Made by a program: the position numbers and the translations under genes. Under the pieces are notes generated by a model that saw only the letters and a list, made by a program, of their open reading frames with translations, made no database searches and was not told the origin of the DNA. A stretch of 64,000 bases of DNA from Vicugna vicugna (Eukaryota), in contig MU057640.1 in assembly GCA_013265495.1 (NCBI GenBank), forward strand, positions 1,187,303 to 1,251,302. Reading direction: 5' to 3'. This document shows positions 1 through 12,150 of this stretch, in pieces; position 1 is the stretch's first letter, and each line of letters begins with the position of its first letter.

Positions 1-192
1 CGTAGAGGGTAGAGAAATGTCTTAATGATCTTTGTATATCCAGCGACTAGCATGAAAAAATAAAACATCATGCATTGTAAATAAGTGAATTTAATTTCTA
101 TAGCAAATACTGATAACTCACTATAATATTCAAACCAGATTTTCTCTTCTTTGTTAGATGAGGTTGAAGAACTCCAGAAATTTGTCCAAGTA

Positions 193-1093
193 CTGACAAA
201 GGCTTAATTTTCCAGAATATATAAACAGCTCATAACAACTTAATAAGAAAAAAAAAAACAAACAACCCAATAAAAATTGGGCAGAAGACCTAAACAAGCA
301 TTTCAGAATGACCAGTCGGAATGGCCATCATTCAAAAGTCCATGAATGCTGGAGAGGGTATGGAGAAAAGGGAACCCTGCTACACTGCTGGTGGGAATGT
401 AGTTTGGTGCAGCCATTATGGAAAACAGTATGGAGATTCCTCAAAAAACTAAAAGTAGACTTACCATGTGACCCAACAATCCCACTCCTGGGCATATATC
501 CAGAGGGAACTCTAATGTGAAAAGATACATGTACCCCAATGTTCATAGCAGAACTATATACAATAGTCAAGACATGGAAGCAACTTAAATGTCCATTGAC
601 AGATGATTGCATAAAGAAATTGTGGCATATTTATACAATGGAATATTACTCTGCCATAAAAAAGAATGAAATAATGCCATTTGCAGCAACGTGAATGGAT
701 GTAGAGATGGTCATCCTAAGTGAAGTAATCCAGAAAGGGAAAGAAAAATGCCATATGATATCATTCATATGTGTAATCTAAAAAGAAGGGCACTATGAAC
801 TCATCTACAAAACAGACTTAGTAAACAATCTCATGTTTTCCAGGGAAAAGGGGTGGGAGGGGATGTATTTGGGAGTCTGAGATTTACAAATGTTAGCCAC
901 TATATATAAAAATGTATTTTAAAAAGTTTCTTTTGTATAGCACAGGGAACTACGTTCAATATCTTATAATAACCTTTAATGGAAAAAGTATGAGAACGAA
1001 TATATGTATGTATACACATGACTAGGACATTGTACTGTACACCAGAAATTGACACGTTGTAATTGACTGTACTTCAATCAAAAAAAAAAAACA
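193..1093 (+). mobile_element. 5'-truncated lineage-specific LINE-1 (ORF2 C-terminus, 3' UTR, poly(A))
   Basis: ORF 308-520 gives the L1 ORF2 C-terminal motif [33 protein letters not shown]; poly(A) at ~1080-1091; perfect 17-bp TSD AGAAATTTGTCCAAGTA at 176-192 and 1094-1110. Confidence 0.97.
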
Positions 1094-1518
1094 AGAAATT
1101 TGTCCAAGTAAATTTGCCTAGTAAATGGGTAATCCTCTTTTTCAATTAAAAGAAAAAAAAAGAAAAAAAAACATGAATAACCAATCCCTCAACTTTCTCC
1201 ACTTGACCTTCAACTAGCATCCACCAACCCTAAGGATTTTCTTGGCCTACTGGTCAAAGGTATATAGTTCACCCAATCATGTGCTTTCTCAATTGCTCTT
1301 TCTTACTTGGGTCAGGGTTTCTCTTTCCTTAGTAAACTCCTAATTCTAGATGAAGGAAACAGCATGCATGTGTAGTCTACACAGAGTAACAAGGACATTG
1401 ATTTGGCCAAACCTGAGGTTTCCTTTCAAGAAGCCATGAGAAATAAGGCTGGGTAGGCAAGGCCAGATGTGAACAACAATACGTTAGCACTGAAAGAGAG
1501 CCTAGAAATCAGCCTGTC

Positions 1519-1830
1519 CAGAGTTTCCCAGAATGGAGTCCACATATCATCATGGTGGAGTGTAGTTTGAGACAGATAGATAGATAGACATATACAAAAC
1601 CTTTTTATTTTAATTATGTGCTTATTTATGGATACTAGAAACAAAAGTCATTATCACATCAGTCCCACAGTTTCACATACATTATAGCTAAGACTTGAAA
1701 AAAAAAAAGGACTGACGTAAACAAATGAGTCAGTTTAGAGGAAAAATGTTAAGTAATAACGTAAGTGGAAAATCGACATGGCAAATACAACGAGGGTGAT
1801 GCCTGAATGACTGAAGGTGGAGAAGTGCCG
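1519..1830 (-). mobile_element. hAT-Charlie non-autonomous DNA transposon, MER113A-like
   Basis: Degenerate TIRs (cagagtttcccaga... / ...gaatgactgaaggtggagaagtgccg) and interior resemble the remembered MER113A consensus. Confidence 0.6.
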
Positions 1831-2739
1831 AGTTACTACAACACCTCTTCGTGTCTTGGGCGTGGGAATCCGGACCCAAAGATGCTAACTAACGTGGCCC
1901 AGGTCCAGCACGGGGAGGGCCTGAAACCAGCATAAGGATCACTCAGCAGTAACCCAGGCACTGACTATTCCATGCAATTTCCACTTATTGAATAAAAACT
2001 GCTTTTATTGTTGCTCAGTGAAAACATTAAAAATAACTTTAAATCCAGGAACCACTTGAGGGCAGGAAGGCAGAAGAGGAGGAGGAGTAAACCCTACCTA
2101 CATCACCACAGCAGGTCTCCAGAGCCGCCGTCCTCTCCTGCTCCCGCTTCGAAGACAGTGGAAAACGCCAGCATTGGAAACTCTTGCTAGGAGACGTCCT
2201 GAAATGATCAGTCATTCTGTGCTGTCCTCTCATTTCTGCTTCATCACACTTGAAGTTCTGCCGGCTGGGATTTTTGCTGTCTTGGCAGACATGATGATGG
2301 TGGTGTCAAACCTAATGTTTCCTAAATTTTGGCAGAAATGCTGAGAAGACTTCCGTGGGGGCCTATTGTCAATTATCTGGGAAAAAAGAGGAGTTTGCAG
2401 ACATTAGAAACAAGAACTGTGTGGGGTGAGGCTCTGGTTTTTAATGAGAGGGATTCAAATTAGAATGTTGGCTATTTCCTATAGCTTGCTAAAAATAGCC
2501 AGGGAGCCTGCTTCCTTCCTGAGCACTTAATTTTCGGGGCCTGCTCATGCTGAAGATGAAGGTGGGCTGGAAAATGCTCCTTGGGCTCCAGCACCAGAGC
2601 TGTTTGTTCAGATGAGTGTAAGTTAGCTGTGACCTGTGCTCTCATGCACGGATGGGCACGCTGCCTTCAGGTTCCTGTCAGATTTACCCTTGGGGAAGCC
2701 TGAAGGTGACACCAAGCTCTGCTGAGTTTGGCCTCTTAA

Positions 2740-3470
2740 ATCTCTCTTCCCATCAGCACCACCAGCTTAGCCGAAGCCACCATCATTTCTTGCCTGGGCC
2801 ACGACAAGGCCCCCTGTCTGTTCTTTCCACCTTGACTCTATCCCCTTCTTCCCCACCCCATCACATTAGCCAAAACAATCTTCTCCTGCAGAAATCTGAG
2901 CATATCCCCTACCCCTACCATGACCACCACCACCAATTAAAACAGTTCAGTGGTTTCCCATTTCTTGTGTGATAAAGACGAGGATCCTCAAATTGGTCTA
3001 CAAGCAAGGTCCTCCCTGATCTGTGCCCTAGAATCTCTCCAGCCTCAGCCCCTCTCCCTTTTACTCTCCTATTCCATCCAACCCACTGTCCTTACTCCAG
3101 TGTCTCCTGCCCTCCAGGTCCCCACAGGGCCCCAGCTCCAGCCCTGGCCTTCCTTCTTTAGCTACATGATTCTTACTCATCACTCGGATCTCAACCCAGT
3201 CATCACTTTCCTGGGGAATGTTTTCCTGACCCCTCAGACTAGGTCAAATCCTCTCTCAAATCACCTCTCATAACCCAACAGCCCTCTCCTTAGCAGCACT
3301 TATCACTGCTCCACGTGCACATTTATTTAACGATTAATTGATTACTAGCATTACCCCTCCCAGCAGTAGCTCTATGAAGGAAGAAACCACATCTCTTTAC
3401 TCATCTTTGTGTCTTTCACATCCCATACCAGGCCTGGCACATATGGGTCATTTAGTACTTGTTGAAGGAT
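2740..3470 (+). mobile_element. Degenerate L2 3' portion
   Basis: Typical L2 3' end (gcacttatcac...ggcctggcacatatgggtcatttagtacttgttgaa) preceded by pyrimidine-rich L2-like sequence. Confidence 0.65.
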
Positions 3471-5159
3471 ATAAGTATTCAACCCCTGGAGGGGCCAAGC
3501 CTCCCTTCCCTGCAGAGGTCCCTTCCCAAGAGAAAGGAAAGGGTTCCTCCATCTGACTACAGCACTTCCTCAACCTCAGCCTGCCCCATGAACTCTTGGG
3601 TTTCCTAGACTTGACTACCCTCACTTTAATCCTTTTGATGGGAAATGTTCTGCATACAATAGATTGAGGGCTGGGTCCCTGAATATCCCAGAAGTGCTGG
3701 GAATACCTTAGTGTTATGCTTTTCAGCATAAACTGGTCTGATTTTGCCTGGATCTTCTGGAGGAAAGGTCCCTAAATAAACCACATTGCCTCTCTCAATT
3801 TCTCAATTCAAATGGAAGAGCTCATATATCATCTTCCTCCTTAAGTTAAAAATACATTTTTTTTTAACATTTCAATGCAGACAGTCTTAGGCACTCACTT
3901 GTACTGTGGAGGGGATTTAGGGAAGGAAGGGCAGAGAGAGAGAATTAACAGTGTCGGAAGAAGGGACTCAAAGGATTCTACTTGAAGCTTTAAGGAATCC
4001 GTCTCCATAGGAGAGTGAGGGGCAGGGAGACAGGGATGGTGAGATAAACAGTAGGACGTCCAAGGCCAAGGAAGGTTAAGAAAAGCTCATATGAAAGGTG
4101 AGATTTCCTTCCCCATCCGCTCTGCCCACACACACATCTCCCTGCCCTGAAGTGGACCAGTCCTGTGGTTTGGGGTGAGGTGGATCTGGGGGCCAGGGTG
4201 AGACCAGAGCGCCCCAGGGGGCCCCAGTGTCACCCCGCTCGGCCTTTTCTGGAGGAACAGCATTCATCTCTGCAAATCCAGCACCGCCTGTGAGGAGGGA
4301 GTTATTATTAGCGCATTCTTGAATTTTATTTGGTGTCTTTAAACAACGTTTACTGCGAGGAGATACAAAAGCCCAAGAGAAGTCTGTAAACACTGGGAAA
4401 TTTGTCCACTTGCTCTGTGACGGCTGGGCCAGCTTCCACACGCCAAATGTTTGGGGCAGGGTCAGATCAAGGCTGCAAATGGTCGCCGGCAGAGAGCTAC
4501 TATTTTGGGGGCACAGGTCATGGGAAAGGCTTACAGTTCAAAGTTGGCTTCGACGCCTGTCCCATAACTTTTCCTTTGGCCTCATGTATCACAATCAACA
4601 GTCCCATTAAGTTTGAGGAAATCACTGGATATTTTTGTTTAAAGACCCTGATATGGTGCCACCATACAAGCCCCCCCAAAATAAGTGTGCTCACTTTACA
4701 GAAGAGGGGGATGGGCAGCCTCAGACCTCCCCTGCCTCTCATAGAAGGGGGAAGAAAAAGGGAAACATTTAAATATCTTGTTGTGTTCTATTTATGTATA
4801 TGTTTTTCAATGTCTGATTCAGGCTGAGCTTTAAGAATTCTGTTCCCCTTGCAAAAAGTGCAGCTGCAAAAAAATACAGAACACTACACGTCAGTGCACT
4901 TTGTCAGGAAACAAAAGTTCAGATTCCCAAAGGGCAAAGAGTTGTGTTTTGAGACGGTTTATCTGGGAAAATGTTCCCAGCTAAGTGAGTGATGGGGAAA
5001 GATCAGGGTCACATTGACCAGCGGGAAGTCTAGGTAGCTCATTCAGTCTACCCATGGATGGGAATAGAAACTAGTCAAGGGCAGGGAGTGACCTGAGTTT
5101 GGGGGGAAGAGCAGAGAGTAATTACAGAGGAGGGTCTAATGCTCGGACTCTGATTTTCA

Positions 5160-5280
5160 GATGCTAGTGCGTAACAGAACCACCTGGGAACGTTCTGAAA
5201 ATGCAGATTGTCAGACCTTCACAGTATCTGCATTTGCAATGGGCACCTTGTGATTCTAAAGCAGCCTGAGGAAAAGCTGT
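5160..5280. mobile_element. MER5-like hAT-Charlie MITE fragment
   Basis: agaaccacctggg...aaaatgcagatt...atctgcattt...tgattct pattern. Confidence 0.55.
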
Positions 5281-5499
5281 GCCAGGATACCTAAAGTCAC
5301 CCTAGGGGCGGGGGCAGGGGGTAAGGATAATGTTATCTGGAACCCATGATCATTGTTAAAAGTTCAGAGATAAAAGGCAAGTATTAGGTAAGGTGTAAAT
5401 GCAAGAAAAATTCAGGATGTTAGAAAGTTGAGCTCCTTTCAAACATCAGACAGACCAAGGCTAGCTTAGCAGTCATTGAAAGTAACTGCAGATTAGTAA

Positions 5500-6065
5500 A
5501 TTTGGTACCAGATTTTGGTTGTTAAGTGAGAGAAAGCCCCACTCAAACTGGCTTATGCAAAAAATCAAGAACCGATGGGTCCATGTAAGTGGAAGGTATA
5601 GAGGCATATCTGGTCTCCAAGGGATTCAGAGCTCAGATATCACTGAAACTCAGTCTCTGCCTCTGACCCTTGAATGGTACATTTCTTCTGTCTTGGTTCT
5701 CTTTTCAGAGGCTCTTCTCTTATGGAGACCATATCTGCCTGAAGTTCCAACCTTTCATACTTGATTCCAAGTCTGTAGAAAAGAGAACTCCTCTCTCCAA
5801 ATAATTACAGGAAAAAAAATATCCGAGGATTACCTCTGATTGGACTAGTTTGGGTCGCATGACTAATTCTGAAAAAAATTCTCTCTGGTCAGGGATTAAA
5901 ATATCATATTGCTGAGATCTGGCTAATTTCCCCACCCCTAGATCTGGGGAGGAGGGGCAGTGGACTGAAAGTACAGGGGGGAGGGGAGATGTGATTCTAA
6001 GAAGAACTCAGGATGTTCTTCCCAGGAAAAGTGGAAATAGACATTGGGGTGGCAGAAGCCACAGT
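5500..6065 (-). mobile_element. MaLR LTR, old MLT1 subfamily
   Basis: ttttggttgttaagtgagagaaagccccactcaaactggctta is the reverse complement of an MLT1 3' end; internal ctctgattggactagtttgggtcgcatg. Confidence 0.65.
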
Positions 6066-7949
6066 TCTCTGCTACAGCAGCTGAGAAATATTCTCGTCTG
6101 TTTAACTATACAAAAATGTTATTATCAGTTAACATTTGCTTATTTTAATACTAAGTACAGAGGTCTCTGTTTGAATTTGGGTATTCTATTACTGTAATGG
6201 TTTGTTTTGTTATTAATATTCCCCAGTGGATTATAACCCCTAAGAGAGCAGACACCATGTTTATCTTGTTTATCCATGTGGACAAGCAATCTCCAAAGCG
6301 GTATGTGTAAAAAAGTGTGGTGCATGAAGACAAGAGTAGAATTTCTATTTATTTTTCTCACCTAATTTTTTTCGGGTAAAAGGAAGCTTATTAACATTTT
6401 GTATATTGATACATGGATTGGCAATGACACCCTCACTCTGTTCAGAAGTCAGGCCTCCATAGTAACGGTAGTAAGGGGTCCCAAGAGAAGAGTGTGAACG
6501 CCACTTGCTAATTTGCCCCTCTGCCTCCTGACCTCCCACTCTCCACTCCACCTCTCCCTTCCACTCAGCACCATTTAGACTCATGACCAGATGCTATGAC
6601 TACCTGACACAAGACCTCTCATTCAGGAACTGCCATCATCCAAGTGGAGGACCCACCCTCTTTCCCACCCCAGCAAACTGGATGTCAGACACTAGCAGGA
6701 CAGTCTGTTAATCCCCAGTGATCCTTATCTAAGCCTCCCTAATAATGAACCCAACCTTTCCAAAGGTGGGTTGGAGAGCAGGCTGACCTCAACAGTCAGC
6801 CCACTAGGACTTATCAAACACCTACTATGTCCAGAGCACCATGCCAGGAAGAGGGAGATAAGGAGATTCGTGAGGGAAGGGCTTTGCCCTCAAGGAGCTC
6901 AACCATGTGACTATAAAGATGGCTGACATGGGGGGAGAGGAAGATGGTGACAACACGTCTGTCCTCAAAGGCACCATTCCCCTTCTGCGGTTTTCAAGGG
7001 AGCCCTGCTGGTAATAGGGCCAGGTCTTCCTACATCCCAGGTTCCTGCATCCTGCACAGCGCCTTGCCATGCCTAGACAAACATCATTACATCTTCTATA
7101 GGTAGAAATAAAGGAAGCTGGAAATGTACCTGGTTTATCCAGTGAGAAAGGCAATGAGCCTGTCAACAGAAACTAAGGAGTAAAGATTTGATTCCCAGAT
7201 GAGAAATCTCGCACATGGCCTCCCCAGGGCCCATTCCAACGAGGTAAATAGAAGGGCTGCATGATTTGTCAATCTACAATGGTTGCAGGCAATATCACCA
7301 ATGCCCAAGTTTATGTTTAATTAAGATTTCAATTAATCTCTTCCTCATTTAGTCTGGGAGAGGGATTGGTCTGCCTTTAAGTAAATGCCACACAATCTTT
7401 CACTTTCAAAAAGCTAAAAAGTTTATATATTTGATTTATTTCCTGTGTCATACTATGTTCCAGAAACAGCATCTATTCTTTCTATTTCTGTAACTGAACT
7501 GACTTTGCCAGAAGTTGTAGTTTCGAGAATTTTCCTTTCTGTCCCTAAGAAGAAAATTTTTCTCTACCTGAGTCTTATATCTCCCAACATTTCACTCCTC
7601 TCTGAGGAACACACCTCAGAAGAAAACTACTATATGTGAGCATTCAGACTTTTTAAAACTGTGCCGAGGAATTAAAATGTCCCAAGAGATACCCAAAGTT
7701 CTTTTCGAGGTACCCAAGGCTCCACATCTAACATGAAACAAAGGTTCTGGTTTTTCTTTAAGCCTAATAAGATTTGATGGCACTCAAAAATACAAAATAT
7801 ATGAAAATAGTGAGTTGTCCAAAGAACCTTTCGTAATTTTTTTTGTCTGCAAAATGAGTGGAGTTAGTCATGCTTTTCTACAGTCTGCTTCTCTCTGAAC
7901 AAAAAGAACAATATCTAAGAGGCGAAAATAGATGATTTGTATCCCACAG

Positions 7950-8460
7950 TTGAATCACTGGTGCAACAGAACACTCAGCTCTAAACGGCTTGTACACTAA
8001 GGGATAGAAAATCTACTACACAGCAAGCAGTCCTGAAGCATGTTGGCTTTCAGTTTCAATGTCATCAAGAACCAGGTCCTTTTCTCTGGGGAATGCTGAC
8101 TCTCACCTCTGACTGGACACGTTATAACAGAAGGATGAGGACAGCAACCTCAGACATCACTTGTTCACATGTCAATACCCCAAGGCTGGAAGATTGAATG
8201 TTCCATTCCTATTTGCCTTCTAAGAGAAAAGTTTTCTTTTCCAGAAGCCCTGAAGGGAAAGGAAAAAAAAAAAAAAAAAGGCTTTCCTCCACATTGCCTT
8301 GGCTAGAATTGTATTACACACCCATTTCTAAACCAATCACTGCATGGAAAGTGGAATTATCAAGATTGAATCCCCTTAAGCACCTACATGACCAATAACT
8401 ACAAAATTAGATCTCCATTAGCAAGGAGAAATGGCTATTGTGCAGGAAACCAACAGTTTC
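7950..8460 (-). mobile_element. MaLR LTR, old MLT1 subfamily
   Basis: aatgtcatcaagaaccagg, ttggctagaattgtattacacacccatttctaaaccaatcactg are MLT1-type motifs. Confidence 0.55.
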
Positions 8461-8724
8461 AGTGGCTGAAATCAAAGAACAAGGCGGCAGGGTAGAAATG
8501 GGGATTCGCCCAGGTGACTCTCACTTTATGGTCAGCCTGGGCTTCCAACCACCAGAACCATTCCTTTGGCATCTGAACTGAGTGCATTGTCTCTACAAGG
8601 TCTTGTTAAAATGCAGATATGTTACTTGGGAAGCAGAAAGACCCAACAGGTAACTCATGTCCATTGATATGTGGATAGGAATTTATTGATCAGATTAACT
8701 ATAAATTAGGTTTGAAAAAGATTA

Positions 8725-8855
8725 ATATTGCTTATTTACAGATTACAGAGATGAAAACTGAGGCCAAGAACCAGGTAATTCCTGATAGTCACACACCTGG
8801 TTTGGGGCAGAGCCAAGACTCTAAATGAAGGCAGTCTGACTCTCAAGTCCACAGT
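8725..8855 (-). mobile_element. MIR fragment
   Basis: MIR core acagagatgaaaactgaggcc...gtcacacac...gcagagccaagact...ggcagtctgactc. Confidence 0.6.
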
Positions 8856-8857
8856 CT

Positions 8858-9010
8858 TTTTTAATTTTTTAAATTTTTTATTAAAAAAAATTTATTGTAG
8901 GACAGTCAATTACAGTGTGTCATTTTCTGGTGTACAGCACAATGTCCTAGTCATGCATACATATGCATATATTTGTTTTCATATATTTTTAAAATTTATT
9001 TTTTTTTAAT
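8858..9010 (-). mobile_element. Very short L1 3' end, lineage-specific family
   Basis: T-rich tail followed by acagtcaattacagtgtgtcattttctggtgtacagcac, the reverse complement of the 3' end of the L1 at 193-1093. Confidence 0.85.
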
Positions 9011-9298
9011 TGCACACTCTTGATAAATGTTGTTAAGGCCTGAATTGATTGAGGGAAGCCATGAATTTAGGAACACAGGGATCACAGAATTAGCTCAACT
9101 CACCTTTGTCAGTTCTAGTCATTCTGATAAATATGTACTATGTATCTAATAGCACAAGTTGTCTGTGCTATCCATGTTAGCTGGGGAAGAGGAGAGACCA
9201 AATATGAGTAAGACATGGTCTTTGCTCTAATTAAATATGCAATCTCCTAAAAAGAACATGAAGAATAATCATAATTCTAGTTTCAAGATAGCAGACTG

Positions 9299-9540
9299 GT
9301 GGGGAGGGATAATTTGGGAGTTTGGAATTTGCAGATACTAATTATATATATACATTATATATTATACACATATAATAGATAAACAACAAGGTCCTACTGT
9401 ACAGTACAGGAACTATATTTAATATCTTGTAGTAACCTATAATGAAAAGGAATATATATATGTGTATAATTGAATCACCACGCTGTACACCAGAGATTAA
9501 CACAACATAGTAAATCAACTATACTTCAATTTAAAAAAAA
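9299..9540 (+). mobile_element. Short L1 3' end with TSD
   Basis: L1 3' UTR (acaggaactatatttaatatcttgtagtaacctataatg), A tail; TSD AAGATAGCAGACTG 9285-9298 / AACACAGCAGACTG 9540-9553 (12/14). Confidence 0.9.
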
Positions 9541-9609
9541 ACACAGCAGACTGAATATACATACAATCATTCTGAAATACTAAAATATAGAAGAATATTT
9601 TAGATCAAT

Positions 9610-10408
9610 AAATGGTGATATACAAAAACAAGATGGGGCTGTCTTGTGAACCTGAGACTGTAAGGGATCTCTGGAGCAGAGCAAACAGAGCAGGGAAACG
9701 GCATCCCAGGACACGTGCAACAGCTCGTAGTGAACTGTAAGTGTTAAACAAGCAGAAGTGATACCAAGCATGTTCCACACCCAAAAGCTGTAGAGCAAGA
9801 AACCCAGCATGAACTGTCAGGGGAATGAGAGTATTCAGACTTACCCAGAGGACTGGGGAACACTGGAGCCCAGAAGACCAGCCACTGAAGTACCCCACTG
9901 AATGGCACATTCAGCCCACCTCTCACTCTCCCTGGAAAACAGCTGTGTATATGCCCCAAAGCTGTTTTTCTTCTTTTCTCTGGTGGAATGTGTAAGCCAA
10001 GGCAGCAAACAATTTAGCAGGGAATATCAAGAGCAAAATGTACTTAGAATAAAGAGCCACCAACATTTGGAGAATGCCAGCACCTCAAAAGGAAGGTAAT
10101 AAACTCCACTACAGAAAACATATACCTGAAGAAATAGGCTTAACAGAACAATCAGAAAAGAATTCTAAAATAAATTTAATTAATGTCCTCTGAGATGTAA
10201 GAGAAGGGATTGCATCCTTGAAACAGAAACAAAATCCAGTCTTTAACTCTTTAATACACTGATCACCTTAACAGTTGTGTCCATTCTGCTAGTCAGTCCA
10301 TCTGCTGAGGTTTTTAAAAAGTCAGCAGTTAAGGTGCTGTCCAAGATCTATAATTAGTTCATTTCCTGTCTTGTTTTACAACCATCTGTTCCTGTTTCAA
10401 GGATGTAC
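9610..10408 (+). mobile_element. Ancient HAL1/L1-ORF1-like fragment with an inverted distal part
   Basis: gaaaagaattctaaaataaatttaattaatgtcctctgagatgtaagagaagggattgcatccttgaaacagaaaca resembles the HAL1/L1 ORF1 start; ~10240-10407 is in the opposite orientation; left boundary uncertain. Confidence 0.5.
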
Positions 10409-10939
10409 CTTGTTGACAAGTACATTCAAAGTCAGTCCAGAGGATACCACCAGCATGTAGGTTTTCCCACATCAGCAAGTAAATTGGATTTTAAAAAATA
10501 ATATTGAAGTCATTCTTAGCTATAGGAGGGAATTCGTCACAGAATGAATGTTCCTAATGCATTCAAAATACGTTGTAATTAGTAAAAGTGTGCCTACATA
10601 GTTTTAGGAACATTCTATTGCAGTTACCCCACACCAATTTCATAGGACACCCTGTCTCACAGGTGCTAAGGGCTTCAGACTCAACTGAAAATATTTCTAC
10701 CAGTTTGTACTAAACTCCAGTGACCAAAGATCATTTAAAACAGAAGTTTCCATAAAACCCTCAAAAAGATAAAGTCTTCATGATGTATGCTAAGCTTCTC
10801 GTTTTTCCTTTAAGAAAAAAAATCATTTTTCATGAGCATTACTCATTTGAAAGGAGTCCTCCTTTGCTATAAACTTTCTTTTACAAAACCTAACAACACG
10901 TGGATGAGACCAGCAGCAGGTGTCATTCTATTTCCCAAC

Positions 10940-11160
10940 TGTCATGCTCCCAGCCCTACTAAGCACTTAACAGTGTATCTAATTCAAACTTTAAAAACAA
11001 GTTGAGTAAATTTAATAATCACCATAGACAGAGAAGGAAATTGCAGCTTTGAGAAATTAAGCAGTTTGCTGAGGCCTCCCAACTCCTAAACAGACCAAGA
11101 TCCAAACCTAATTCTTCCTTATTCCAGAACTCACAAGCTTTCTACTTCACTAATGCTGCC
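10940..11160 (-). mobile_element. MIR
   Basis: cagccctactaagcactt...acagagaaggaaattgcagctttgagaaattaagcagtttgctgagg core. Confidence 0.55.
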
Positions 11161-11179
11161 TTGCCAGCAGGTAGCCAAA

Positions 11180-11410
11180 GGATTCATTCATTCCTTTGGC
11201 CAATAAGTAATTACTGAGCAACTTCCACATGCCTGGCACCATAGTAAACAGCGTAGGGAGACATATCCCTTGAGCTTCGTGGACTATGGTCACTGAGTGG
11301 GATGACAGAGAGACAATAAACAAATCAATAAATATGAAAAACTAATAAATATATAATTCGAATGGCAATAAATACGGTGAGGGAAAAGAACAGGACATGG
11401 AGTATAGAGA
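11180..11410 (-). mobile_element. L2 3' fragment
   Basis: attcattcattc...ttactgagcaacttccacatgcctggcacc is the reverse complement of the L2 3' end. Confidence 0.65.
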
Positions 11411-11659
11411 CGTAGTAGCTTATCTACTGCAATCTAGCCCTTCCCAGGTAAAGGCATCAAGAAGATACCTCTTCCTGGTAGCCACCGCTGCTCACAGGCA
11501 GATGCAGCAGTAAGCCTTCTGCCAGGTGGTGATTTATGGTACAAGTCTGCTATAGACCAGTTAGCTGCTCCTTTGGAAAGGCATCTACCATTTCTGAGAA
11601 ATCGCATAAGCTATTTGCTGATAGACTTCAATGAGCTCAAGAGATCTTTCCAGAAAATT

Positions 11660-12150
11660 TCCCAAGCTGGGTCTTTTGTTTGACCCTCCAGCTCCACTCC
11701 ATGCCTTTCACCGTGCTCCTGAGCCCTGGCAGCGAGCCTGCCAGGACTGCATTCCTGGGCCCCCTGGCCTTCCAGCTCGGGTTGAGTTTGGCCAGTGAGA
11801 AGCACCAGCAGCAGGAGACTGGAGGGCCAAGGGCAGGGGGAGAGTGAGGTGGGGCATACATGGCCTGTTTCTCTCCCAGCAGAGTTGCCAGGGGTTGGCC
11901 ATGCCCCTGTCCTGAAGACCCCTGCTCCTGGCAGAAGGCACCTTCCGTGTAGCTCCTTTCTTCTGGTCTACTGCTGGCTCCCATCCTTTCCGCCTTCAGG
12001 GAAGAGTGGTGATGGCTCCCGCTGTGGCCAGCCCTTGTTAGTATCCCCAGACCCCATACACACCGTAGCAGTCTCTCTCCAGCTGTCTTCACAGGACCCG
12101 TTTTGTGTGAGCCATTTGCTTTCTACCAAGCCCTTGACTGACACATCCAC
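11660..12150 (+). mobile_element. ERVL LTR, LTR33-like
   Basis: gggttgagtttggccagtgagaagcaccagcagcaggagactggaggg...gccatttgcttttctaccaagcccttgactgacaca; accounts for the cluster of ORFs at 11611-12181. Confidence 0.6.

Noticed and set aside
308..612. ORFs 308-520 (+) and 328-612 (-) as genes
   Set aside because: Sense and antisense readings of the truncated L1 ORF2 C-terminus.
2291..2344. Possible C/D box snoRNA (ATGATGA ... CTGA)
   Set aside because: Only ~54 nt between boxes, no terminal stem and no recognisable rRNA antisense element.
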